Shown here piece by piece: positions 52,181 through 64,000 of a DNA stretch of 64,000 bases. The stretch lies in the NCBI GenBank assembly GCA_010909165.1, contig MU008171.1:682001-746000 (forward strand), read 5' to 3'. Made by a program: the position numbers and the translations under genes. A model generated the notes under the pieces. It ran no database searches and had not been told where the DNA came from. It was given only the letters and a program-made list of their open reading frames with translations. The first letter of the stretch is position 1, and each line of letters opens with the position of its first letter. Source of the stretch: Anthoceros angustus (lineage: Eukaryota > Plantae > Anthocerotophyta).

Positions 52181-53183
52181 TTAGCCAAGTTCCTCTGAAA
52201 GATCCTCCTTTCCAGAGGTGTGTGTAGATGATAGCACGTAGAGAAGATGATCACAACCGATGTTGGAGGTGAGATGATTCACCGTTGCAGGACTATTGTG
52301 AGAGCCAAGGAGCTGATATCTACGACTGCTAAGGGGATCCTCCCGAAGTGAAAGTAACCCCTCAATGTCAAGTGAAAGGCATTTTGCAAACACCTGCAGA
52401 ATGACGCAAAGCAGGAGTGTCCAGACTGCTGTGACACCTACTGCAACACCAATCGAGCGGCTCTTAGGCCAGGTGAAGCGACTCCAGGCCATTGGAAGGA
52501 CCAGTGTGACCACACCCCCTCCAGCAACGGAGAGCTGCAACAAATGAAAATCCACATCGATATCCCTCGTATGTCAAGCGATGACCTATACTACCTACAT
52601 TGGTCATGCTAAATGTAGAACATCACTAGGGTAGTTCAAGATCTCCTAATTCACAGAAACCATAGCACCAACCAGATGTGGTAGTTAAAACGAAGGAAGC
52701 GTATTACTTCATACTTCCCATTCTTGTAAGTTGTAGATGCCTATGTTGCGCAGAAGCAACGACGACCATATTGGTAGCTTCAGGTGAGCTCCTGGGGAAC
52801 TCGTTGCGACTTGGACGGAGTGAGGGGAATTCGAGACGGGGCCGTGGGGACAGTTTTGTAGCCTGACCGTATTGTGAGCGTTCAGCACTTCAGATATATT
52901 CGTGCTGCCATGTTTTGCGAGCGTTATCAGGGAGCGCGGCAAGGCTACGAACTGCTGTTCCACGCACCAGTTACAAGGAATGGAAAAACGAAATCAAACC
53001 CTGGATGAATGCAAATCCATCACAATTGCCAGCTTGTGCTTTCTTACATACTTCAGATTCCATTCTCTGATTGTCTGGCTGCCTGAGATTGCAGTCAGCG
53101 TCAGCAGATCCCAGACTTGCATTTGCCGAGTCTTTCTTTTCGACTTGATCCATCGGGTAGCAAATGCATCCTAATCCATCCAT
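52181..53183 (-). CDS. Candidate orphan ~240-aa protein with two C-terminal hydrophobic segments; predicted exons 53183-53052, 52951-52715, 52534-52181
   Basis: Three ORFs join through two phase-0 GTATG..CAG introns. Hydrophobic stretches GGGVVTLVLPMAW and IGVAVGVTAVWTLLLCVILQVF. No family recognised. Confidence 0.4.
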
Positions 53184-53342
53184 TGTTCACCCATTTCTTA
53201 ATTCGGACCATGCACATGGATTACAAGAGTTGAGATCCCGTGGCTAGATCGAACGCGTGCTTTGCTGCTTAGCAGTATAGAGAAGTAGCAGCGAAGCAGA
53301 ACCGTTTTAGATGTGCTTAGAACTTCAAGCTTCTAGACAGTC

Positions 53343-54987
53343 CTAGGAATCCCAGTCGTGAAGCCAGTGGTATGTTAAACGATCACCGGGGTGGTCAGGG
53401 TAGCCGAAGGAGTGGATGATCTGGCCGAGTTTGATGGTATCAATGCTGTAGTCCGGCACACCGGTGTAGGGATCCAGACACAAGGTGGTGTTGCCCCGGC
53501 TCGGATTCGGCACTGCGTCTAGGAAGGGGTTGGAGGTATCATGTTTCAATGCCAGAGCTCCGGCATTGACATGCATCCATGTGTGCATCACCGAGAGGTC
53601 GGAGTGGTTGTAGCCGCTCCAGTTACAGGGCCCGAAGATCTCCACCACACCGGCTCCTTCCGGGAGGCAGAATGTTGCCCACGTGTTGGCTCCATGGGCT
53701 ATGACGAGGATGTCTGTCTGGGAGAAGACGGAGAAGACGTCCGGGAAATCGTAGGACGTCATTCCGTTTTCCATCATGTCATCCAGGGAGTGCACCGCAA
53801 GCCTGGGACGGGACATGTTCCCGAGGAAGCCCAGGACTTGGTCGCTATTGGTCACCCTGCGCCTGATGGTGTCGTGCCGCCCGTAGTACAGGACTGTCAG
53901 CGGGGTTGGGGCAGGGGATCGGGGAGGAGGATCGTACCCGAAGAAGCGGAAAACAGATGCCCGAAAGGTCTGGATCACAGGCTTGTAGATCTCCGGCGGC
54001 AGCCTAGTCTGGTCGATCCTGTCCCTGTCGTGCATCTGGAGCAGCAGGCGCTCGAAGCAGGCCGGCCGTGTCTGGTTCTGGAGGAGAAGGTAATCGGAGC
54101 CCGGGGCGAGCTCCATGAGCATCCTTGCCTGCAAGCCAAGGCGTTGCTGTTCAGATCCCTGCAAACCTGAATGGTAGAATAGGTCTGGAGGAAGTGTTGT
54201 AGAGGAAGCTCACCTGCCACAGCAGCTGCTTCCTGTCGTCCATGTGCTCGCTTTCTTGCAGCCATTTGCTGAACCTGTGGACCAGGAAATGGTGCACCGG
54301 CTTCGGAGTGGTGGCATTCAGGGGAGCAACAAACCCCGCCAGATGCGGCCATGTCCGCTCAGCCCAGTTGTGCATCGCGTTCCCCACGTAAGCCACGAAA
54401 TGCAAGGTGTTCCCGGGGATCCAGCTGTGGTGCTCCGGCAGCCCACCGGAGGCGTGTTGCACGCCGGTGCATGTGTCCGTGCTCTGGTTTCCGCAGGCGC
54501 CGTAAAGATCGTTCCAGAGGTAGTAGAGCTCCTCGTCCGCGGTCAGGTTCCCCAGCAGCTCTGCTGCAGACATGTCCAGGAGCAGCAGCGTCTCGTCCGG
54601 AAGAATGCACACGTTCTCCACCGCCAGAATGGGGAACTTGAGGATGTTGTTGTTGGCCAGAAAGCGCGAGCTGTGGCCAGCTCCCGCGGTCGTGTTAGGT
54701 CCGAAGGAGTCCACATTCACTGCCTTCATCCGCTCATAGTAAGCCTGGTGCAAGCTGATCTGCGGGGCAGGTGACAGCCGGCCAGATGAATTCGGAGCCC
54801 TGTCTGATCCTGGCGCAGCGCTCCCCTGGAAAAGACTTGTCGATTGCCAAGTTGCCGCGGAGAAGCAGATCTTGGACCCCTGTGGGGACAGCGTGCTCAG
54901 CCTCAAGAAAGCAATGATCATTGTGGCCAGCACCACAAGCAGAACCGCAGGTGCTAACCTGCAGTTGTGAGATGCAAGAGCTTTCAT
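53343..54987 (-). CDS. Type II membrane glycosyltransferase, GT61/DUF563-like; predicted exons 54987-54214, 54128-53343
   Basis: N-terminal signal anchor, GNAMHNWAE, YYGR..RRRVTN, FSQTDILVIAHGANTWATFCLPEGAGVVEIF. Confidence 0.8.
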
Positions 54988-55592
54988 CCTTTCCGCTGAT
55001 CCAGAGAGCAGCCTCGCTTCATGTACATGGCAGCAGCATTCATCCAGTCTTGCCCGGAATGGCCGACAGCAGTCCGGGCGGCGGGAACGGGGTAACGACT
55101 GGTTTAGCCGTTAGGAAAGAACATACGTATGTACAACTTCCATTTCTTTGCAAGGTTATACTGTCAGTGTTGAAGAACGCTCCGGGGTAGATCACGATGA
55201 AGCTTTGGAGAATGGAATGGGTGAACTGTGGAGGAAAGATGCATGACATTCCACGTTGCAGAATGCCGGCATTGGCAATCCTTGGAGCCCCACCGTAGTG
55301 CATGTTGGAATTAGGGCAAGAGCACGGGCAAAACGTCAGCTCGTTTGAAAGGTGTCTCTGGTAGCACGTCCACTTAATGGCAAGATTGTGCACAGTGAGA
55401 GGAATCGTGCGTCTCCTTGGAACCTGTGACACCCAGTAGGCTTTCGAGGACATCAACACTCCACTGGGTCCATCTGAAACGCAGCAGCTACTAATAAACT
55501 TGGTTCCTGTGGCATGTTGCATGTCATAACCAATATGTCCTTGGTAGAAGCAGGCATTTTTCTGGGTGTAGGTGGGCTGCCTCCACACCAGG

Positions 55593-56474
55593 ATGTTCAA
55601 GGCTTCGCACCCTCATTTTGTGACAGGCGCTTTCAAGCCTCAGAACGTGTTTCTGGACTCTCACGAATACGGGCTGGCCCTGGACTGCCTTGTGAAAGGC
55701 TGCACCGACCTGCTCGTTCTGGACAGCGACGGGCCTGATGGCCGGGTTATGCTGGGGAAGCGCATTGTGGAGCCTCAGCCGGACTGGTGGTAAGCATTTG
55801 CTTTTTCCCCTGGCCAAACAGATGCAGCTTGGCTGCAGTTGCAGACATCTGATATGCTCATATGGCACCAGGTTCATGGGAGGACGGATGAAGCCGGGCG
55901 AGACACCTGAGCAGTCCATGTCGCGCCTGGTTGCCAGAGAGTTGCATCTCAAGGTGGATCCCAGTCGCTTCCTCCTACTTGGCTGCCATTCTTATGTTTG
56001 GGCAAGACGCCAACAACCTCCCGAGGACAATGGAACCTGTGACATTTCCGTAGTCTTCAGTCTGGCACTTGAGGCTGGCGAAATCTCCAGGGTCCATATG
56101 GATGAAAGCGAGTACTCGGAATTCAGGTGCGTTTTTTGCCTGTCCTCCTGCTTCAGGTTTTGTTTGTTTACGCCACTGCAGTTATAACCTGTGATCTTGC
56201 TTCCTGCAGGTGGTTCACATTGTCGGAGATAGTGGGCGGAGAACATTTTCACCCGGCACTTAGGGCATCCGTCAGGTAAGCGTTCTCCCTCATGCTTCTC
56301 GTGGATTCCGTCGCAGTGTCCTGCAACCGAAACATGTGCAATTGGACACTGTGCAGGGATCTTGTGGCGAGGCATGCCTGGGACCGTTTGAAGCACGTTG
56401 TGGCCTCTGACAGCTCGAATGAGAGCGCAATCGCGGAAGCCGCCAGGAAATTAGTTGCCTTGTCTTCCCAGTGA
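55593..56474 (+). CDS. Nudix hydrolase, GDP-mannose mannosyl hydrolase (NudD/WcaH)-like; predicted exons 55593-55789, 55872-56126, 56210-56275, 56357-56474
   Basis: CTDLLV...VMLGKRIVEPQPDWW|FMGGRMKPGETPEQSMSRLVARELHL, EYSEFR|WF...HP. Modified Nudix box with RL in place of RE. Confidence 0.8.
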
Positions 56475-56656
56475 ACGGCTGTGTAGGCTCGCTTTGCTCC
56501 CAATTAATAGTACTAAAGATCCCGTAATTTAATCCCACAAAAAATCTCCGACCATGTCACTGTCCCTTCGGCAGCTGGCGTGGCTGGCGAGTGAAGTTAG
56601 GTACTGTACCGATGGCGAGCTCCCGACTTGTGAAAGCGCCCTTGGAACACGGAACC

Positions 56657-59600
56657 TTACGAGATCTTCAGGCTCGCAAGGTACTCCACAGCGGTTTTAG
56701 CTGCCGACTCCATGGCTGCTTTTTTGGACAACAGTTTGGAGCCCTCGCAGAAGACCGTCTGCATGGAGGGAACTGCCACTCCTACCTCGAAGTGAAACCT
56801 GCAGAAGAGGGGATGGTCATGCAGCTATTTTGGGGAGGGAGAATGAAGTGTTGCTCTACGGTGGGTCTGGAAGTAACGTACTGCACTGGAATGGATCCAT
56901 TCTCTTGGTTGAGCAGGCGGAAGTCAGGAGACGGCCACCTCTTCTGAGCGCAGATCTCGTACAACCTTGATCTGTAGTAACCAGCGTGTATCTCCTGATT
57001 TGGTACTGGATCTGCATCCGGAACTGAAGTTAGGCCAGAAGAGAATCAACATGGACATAAAGGAAGAGCAATCGAGCTCACTCAGGACAGGGATACCTGG
57101 TGCACACTGGGTTTTGGAGGCTTGTGACCGACTCCTATCTTGCTCTGACCACTGCCTCAGAAAGGGAGCATAGTCTACTGCTGGCATTCCGGTCATGGAG
57201 GGCAGCGGAGACTGACATTCAAAAGTCGCTGGCTTAGGGTGTCCAGACTTTCTGTTTGCCTGGTCGAGCTCTTGTTCCTTCTTCATCATGAGATCCTTCA
57301 AGTACACAAGCGGATTTCCAGCTGCAGTACCGTGGCCAAGCCCACTGGATGACGAGTCCGAAAAACCTTTTCTCACATGAGACCCTTCCTTACAGTCGAC
57401 AGGAGTTGGTCGCCCAGTCTCTGTTCTGCCATGTCCAGTAGGGTCAGGGACTTCGCCCACCTGAGCATGGTGCGCAGATTGCATTCTCAGTGAAGGTGCA
57501 TCACGTTCAGGAGAATCAGCACCTGCAGTCTCACCACTCTCAGACTTTTCGTGGTTGCGCATTCGAATATCTCCAGCACTATCACTCTCTACTCCTCTCC
57601 TGTTCATCATGAGATCCTTCAAGTACACAAGCGGATCTCCGGCTGCAGTATCGTGGCCAAGCCCACTGGATGACGAGTCCGATAAACCTTTTCTCACATG
57701 AGACCCTTCCTTGCAGTCAACAGGAGTTGGTCGCCCAACCTCTGTACTGCCATGTCTAGTAAGGTCAGGGACTTCGCCCACCTGAGCACGGTGCGCAGAT
57801 TGCATTTTCAGTGAAGGTGCATCACGTTCAGGAGAATCAGCACCTGCAGTCTCACCACCCTCAGACGTTTTGTGGTTGCGCATTTGAAAATCTCCAGCAC
57901 TATCACTCTCTACTCCTCTCCTGTTCATAGGGCCTGCAACTTCACAATGGGTTTCATAGGCTTGTGAACGGCTCCCGTCTTGCTGTGACCACAATCTTAA
58001 GAAAGGAGCATAATCTGATGCTGGTACTCCGCTCATGAAGTCCGTCGTAGTTTCAAACTCAGACACCGCAGGCTTGGGATGTCCAGACTTCGAGCCTGCC
58101 TCGTTACCCATCCCTAGGATAGCGGGAGCTATACTTGGGCTTACACTAGTTTGGAGTTTACAACCACCCATGTCAAAGTTTGAACTCATAGGCTGCTGTT
58201 GCTCCCTCATCATGAGATCCTTCAAGCATAACAGCTCATCTACAGCTGCAGTACCTTGTCCAAGTCCACTGAATGATGAGTCCAAAACACCATTTCGCAC
58301 CGGGGACCTTACCTTGCAGTGGACAGGAGTTGGTCGCACAGTCCCAGTGGTGGCATGTATAGGGTCAGGGACTATGGACAAATTGGCACGGTGTTCAGAT
58401 TGCCGTTTCAGTAGAGGTGCATCGAGCTCAGCAGAATCACTTGCACTCTGACCATTCTCAGACCGTTTGTGGTTACGTGTTTGAATGTCTCCACCTCCTT
58501 CACCCTCTACTCCACTATAGTTGATAGAGCCTTCAACTCCACTTGAGTGCATTTCCTGAAAGCTCTGCAGGAGAACGCCAGTGAGGATCAATTGGTCATG
58601 TTTTACACTTTCCACACGCATGATGCAGTGGAGTTTCATAGGCACAGTGTACTACCTCAGAGTACGAGTTGTCCATGGACACAGGCCTCCTCTTCATAAC
58701 TGACGTCACTGGCTGATCACGCTTCGACACGTCAATCACCTCCTCAAACATAGAAGCAGCAGTCACAGTCCTCGACTTTTCTCCAGCCCCTCTCTTCTCA
58801 CCATCTTTCCCCTCATTTCTTTTTCTGAACGAGCTCAGTGCTTCAATAAGATCATGCCTCAGGTGCTGGAAACCTTTGCTCTGCAATCACAACCAGACGC
58901 TGAGAACAAAAGCCAACAAGTAGTCAAACAACTACATCCACTGCTTTCCTCTAACCTTTAACTGATTCAATGCATCTTGCGCAGCAACCCTTTTGGCACT
59001 TTCGCCATCCACCTTCTCCCCGTTTCCTGTGATAGTAACATCCTTGACTGTAACGGTTGCTGACACGGATACCAAGTTGTCACCACGATGTGTTTTATAT
59101 TCTGGTGTACCCGACCCATTTGACTGACAAAGCTCCTGAAGCTCACGAACTGGGTGAATTGCGACAGTCTCTGGAGTGGCTATCGGCTGAAGCAATGGCT
59201 CGAATACAGCCCATACTTTATCAAGGTCAAAGTTTGTATCCACGAACACAGCTCCGGCTAAGGATTCCACCAAGTCTCCCAGCACCTAATCACATATCAT
59301 CAGCTACGTTTCATACTAGGGACAACCTTGTCACAAAGGTAAGATTGAGCACCACACAACCTTATGTACTGACCTTAGGAGCCTTGTCGCCTTCCCATGT
59401 CTCTAGCAGATTATCTTGCAGCAGTGACACAAACTCCTTTAATTGCTTAGACAGCGAGGCGGAGTTGTGGCGAAGAAACTTGTGCAGATTATGTCGAACT
59501 GCTACTCGTGCAAAGTGGTCATTATTCACTGATGCAGACCGTAGGTCCGTGAGAAGTCCCGGATTCAAGTCAGGAAATTTTGTGTAGAGATGCTTAGTTA

Positions 59601-62600
59601 TCAGGAAGTCCAGAACAGCATCTCCCAAAAATTCCAGTCTCTGTGACCACACGAAACAAATAAGACTGGCAGATGGATGTCATCTCAAAATGTTTTAACG
59701 CGTAAACCGCATAGCAAATGCACACGCTTAGAACTCCGTGAAATGAGGAACAAACCTGATAACACCCAATGGCAGGATCAGAGTGCGAGGCATGGGTGGT
59801 GGCTTGAACCATAAGAGCTTTGTTTCTGAAAGTGTATGCCAGTGAACGCTCAAGCTTTGGGTCCCCCCTTACTTCCATGCAATTCTGAGCCTGGAGCTTG
59901 AGAGCAGGGTCAAAATCTACTGCTATGCCCATCCACCCCATAAACGCTAAGCAACTGTCAACCCCGCACTCAACCAAGTGCACACCAATCAGAGCTTCGA
60001 CTACATCCGCTACTGTCTTCTGATGCATCCAACGATGTCCTGCACTGCACCTGACTTTTCTCCTACGTCGTGGAGCACATTCAACACATTCGGATGATTC
60101 TCCATCACCCTTTGCATGCAACATAGCACTCACACATGGGTCACAGACTACTCTGCACCACCGACCAGGTGCAACCCAATCTTCTGGGGCAAACAATTCG
60201 TCCTGAATGAACGCCTGCAACAAAAACAGACACAAAAGATAAGCCTTCATCCAAGAATCAGCAGGCAGAGATAGCTCAGAATAATGTAGCTTGGCCTTAC
60301 AGGAATACCACGTGCAACACCAAGCTGATGCAAGGCAGAATTACAGATAGATCGAGCCCTCCGAAACGTCAACTGCCCTTCATGTTTGTTTTCATAGACT
60401 AGAAAAAGACGCTGGGTCACTGCAAACTTCAGGAAGGAATCTCCGAGAAGCTCAAGTCTCTCCAGGTTGAAGGACTCTGTGCATTTTGCTGTAGTTAAGC
60501 ATTGCAATATCTGCAATTGATGGCAGTAAGAAGTTCATCAAATGTGATACGAAGGTGCCGACGGATGAAAGCACGCATGGAATGAGCGTGACAGCAGCTT
60601 GCCTTCATGATTGGTATCTTCCCTGTCTCAGAAATGGTGGCTGCCATTCTATCCCGGAGCTCCTCAGCGATGAGCATACTCTCCAGTCGATGCATGATAC
60701 TTGGCAGTAAGTATACACCATTGACAAGGCGAGCAGAGAATCCAAGCATCCTAATTTTACATAATTCAGGGGGAAGCTCTACGAGCTTTGACTTTGTCGA
60801 CTTGATTGCTGCAAACACAGGGCACAAGTCGAGGATCTCGGCACAGGCAATCCATTTGTGTGGACAAGAAAGACACTCCCTGAGCTCATAACATTCCCAC
60901 TCGACATTATGCCTTTTGATGGAATTTTTACAATTTACAATGAAAGATGAGGAAGACAGTAGTTAGGGAGTGGGAAATAGGACTGAACCAGTAGGACTTG
61001 CAGCCCCAGTTGAGCGTGATATGAGTAAATTGCGAGCTCCTCTCAAGTGGCTTGCTCGTAGCAGACACTGCTCTGGATACTGTAATGTTTCTCCGTGCCT
61101 GGATTTTCAGGATTTATCAGTGCATCTAAAGAAGCCAGTGATATCAGCATTTGTGCACAAACACAACAAGTAGCAGCTTCCACAATGGAGAGAAGTCCTG
61201 GAGAGAGCTCATGACCTCAACTTGAAGTAATTCACGTATGAAGCATATTCTGGATCATTGAAACGGCTGAAGGAATTCCACTCCTGGATAACCTCGAGGA
61301 TATAGTAATATTTTCTACCGGTCTCGTGGTTCACAACCACTACAGCACCTATGATATCCTCCACTGAAGCTAATCCATCGGCCACCTGTAGAGTTTGGGC
61401 ATTCAGCCCGTTCCCCTTCAAGCTGACCTTGTACACAGGAGCCTCGCTTTCAGGGAACCCTTGACTGTTGAGTCCTGAAGTAGAGAGCACTTTTTTTATT
61501 GTCATCCAATCGATTTCAGCCTGTCCTTGATCTCTCGGTGATGTGCTAACAGTCAGAGGGAGAAGCAGATAACCCGTGGATGCATCCCATGCATCCATCA
61601 GTGGCAAGGTTCTTCCTCCAAGGCAAACATGATCACTTTGAAGCCCATCACGATCCAGTATTGTGCTCAAGAGATAAGACTGGAATCGTTTGCCGTCCTC
61701 AATCTGTTTGGCACAAACAAGTAGAAGCCCAGGTTCTATTCACGATTTACATTACAAGTCAACTCTCATTTTCTGAGCTCTTCTTAGTCTGAACGACATA
61801 CCTGATGCTGAGTTAGATGCACCAGTCCACACGGTACCAGCTTAATAGTAACAGATCTTCGTTTTGAGAGATCTAATGTCAGCTCCATAGTCTCAAGCTC
61901 ACTATCAAGAGCACATTCCAGATAGAGGGCAAACTCAGCATATTCCGGGGAATCGGATACGGATACTGGATTTGGGGCCATGCAAATGCGATAAGTATGG
62001 AAGCACACTTGAGCAACCAAAGACCCAGATAATCCACATGGCATAGCACGGGGATAAAGCTCCTCAGAATTTGGACCTGATGTTGCATAAACAATTCAGG
62101 AAGTGTTGTCGAGTCTGCATGTGAGTTAAGCAGCAAACAACAGAAAAACAATGACATGTTTCAGGAAAGGAAACGTTAATTATAGCTGACTTAAAGCAAA
62201 TCTCACCAGCAGTGGTCTTATGCCGAATTCCCAAAGGCTTTTCCTCTTCATCATCTTCTGAATCATAAGCAGGAAGAAGAAAATCTGTCAACGCTCCACA
62301 GGCATGTAGTTCCTTACACGCTTCCAGGCATGCGACTTGCCTTGCTCTAGTGTTAGTTTCACATTCGTGTCCAACAACGATTCGAAAAGGAGCATTTGGT
62401 GGCAACATAACTGTACAGGAGTAACCCCCTGTTTCAGTTTCGGTGAAACTGAAATCCGGTGCTGGTGAATAGAACCTGGAAGTAGAAAATCGGCAAACAG
62501 AATCACAGCTGTAATAATAAGCCGTGCAGGACACACAACTACTTCCTGTAAGCGTCAAGGACCTTACTTGTCTCCAGGCAACTTGGCACAGTACTGATAA

Positions 62601-64000
62601 AGCAGAGATACACTGGAATCTGTGTTGACAGTCGCCCCAGTTGTTTGTACACAATAGGTTTCCAGATGTCTGCTTACTGGAAACGGCAGATCCCTTGGAC
62701 CTTTCCCTCGCAACAAGGCCTGCTCATACATAATATTTTCGGAGAGCAGAAGAGTCTTCATGTGGGCATCTTTTTCCGTACTACCCCTATGGAACAGTCG
62801 TAAACAAATCAGGATATGGCAACATGTATAATGAATTGAAACACATATCGCAACATACAAGGGTAGGCTTCCACTGTGGTAAGGTAACAAATCCACTAGG
62901 AGAAGGCCATTGCAGATCTGAACCATACCTTTCACAAAGAAGCACATAAGTGGATCCATGGCGACGAGCCCGGCCACGGGATTGTATAAAGCTGCGGACA
63001 GTTGGCGGTAAATCAAATCTAACAATCAAACCACAGCTTTGTACATCAAGACCCTCCTCTGCTATATTTGTGGCTACTAGCACATTTATCTGCAGAATGG
63101 GGCAGAGCACGTTAGAGGTCAATTTCACAACTGGAAGCAAAAGATGAACATTCTCTCTACATGCTGGAAGCAGTGAACCAAAATACTAAGTGGTGTGAAT
63201 ATGACCTCTCCTGAGCGAAATTGCTCTACCAAACACTGTTGCTGGTTCCGAGACACTGATGCCAAGCTTGAGTTATTCCCAGTGAGACATTTACATCGCA
63301 CGAGGTGAAAATTGCTGAGGTTTGTTAAAAGATCAGCTAAAACTATTGCTGCCATGACTCTCTCCACAAAGATGATGCATTTCAAACCTTCGTCCCTGCA
63401 GATGAAAGAGCATAAGGATTTATCACTGGCATGCAATGCTCGGAACGGAAATTGCAGACCAGGGGCAAAGCAAAATGACTCTCACTGATATTGCTGCAGC
63501 ACATCTAAAAGAGCCTGTACTTTGGAAGAAAAATCGTCCACAGCAATTTCCCGTGAACATTCTGCAAAAGGTATGCCAACAGAAACCATAAACAAGGGCC
63601 AACTTGAACCTTTGCGTATCCACCTCAGAAAGTGTCTGGGTTTTGGTATCTGAAGGAGAGTTGCCGACATACCTTTTGACCGAGCTGCTTTCACCATGGA
63701 ATGAACATCTTGGAGAAAACCTTTCCTGGACTTACACCCTAACTTGGTTTCACTTTCCAGGTCAGACTTGTCACTGCTTAGAAGCTTGGCAGCCTGCAAA
63801 AATTTACTCTATGTTCATTGCTGACATTGGAATGGTCTTCACCAGACTCAAATACATGCACTAAGTGCCAGTTCCTAGCACTGAGCTAGGAATATACCTT
63901 CTGAGTACACCACAGCCCCAATTCCTCCAAACAGTACTTAAGAGTTGCAAAAACCTTTATCAGCTCCTTCCGCCACTTGAGTACTAGCTTCAAAGGCTCA
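56657..64000 (-). CDS. DCL3: Dicer-like protein, DCL3-like (5' end outside window): helicase-C, DUF283, PAZ, RNase IIIa/IIIb, dsRBD1, long repeat linker, dsRBD2
   Basis: [24 protein letters not shown]...[51 protein letters not shown]...[42 protein letters not shown]...KKAAMESAA; stop TAA at 56657. DCL3 rather than DCL2/4 rests on motif resemblance only. Confidence 0.9.
57097..58564 (-). repeat. Internally duplicated coding exon of the Dicer (A-B-A-A-B); near-identical 321-bp tandem pair
   Basis: [13 protein letters not shown]...PLVYLKDLM at ~57928-57608 and ~57607-57287, with a diverged copy at ~58520-58207. KSGHPKPA...DYAPFLR.WS at ~58090 and ~57255. Confidence 0.92.

Noticed and set aside
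54129-54213. Apparent frameshift in the GT61-like gene
   Set aside because: Explained by an 85-bp GT-AG intron (LLWQ|ARML).
55040-55600. 186-aa minus-strand ORF
   Set aside because: Non-ATG start, lies in the GT61/Nudix promoter interval, and has no protein-like features.

Overview
Eukaryotic land-plant nuclear DNA. Short (about 80-200 bp) GT-AG introns, tight gene packing and GC-rich simple repeats suggest a compact non-seed-plant genome such as a hornwort; this is inference, not proof. Layout: (1) 0.6-1.7 kb, a UER1/NRS-ER rhamnose-synthesis gene. (2) 2.1-12.7 kb, a degenerate repeat/TE zone with a 29-bp minisatellite, a 94-nt hairpin, modular duplications, palindrome clusters, a decayed CRE-like non-LTR retroelement and a HindIII-palindrome satellite. 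(3) 13.4-15.4 kb, an AT-rich, almost intronless PLATZ gene with nested C-terminal repeats. (4) 16-30 kb, a CIB-type bHLH gene flanked by two microsatellite-saturated gene deserts. (5) 30.5-64 kb, a dense gene cluster: TMEM184/OST-alpha, CSN5, a plastid Zn-finger membrane protein, a divergent CHASE histidine kinase, a cytochrome-b5-fused fatty acid 2-hydroxylase, an alpha/beta hydrolase, a SET/LSMT-like protein, a candidate orphan, a GT61-like glycosyltransferase, a GDP-mannose-hydrolase-like Nudix and the 3' part of a DCL3-like Dicer. The most unusual items are the Dicer's roughly 570-aa repeat-built linker between its two dsRBDs, the divergent CHASE pocket, the repeat-expanded PLATZ, the b5-fused FAH and the GDPMH-type Nudix. 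No CRISPR, rRNA or tRNA was recognised. Family assignments come from motifs recognised by eye; no database search was run.
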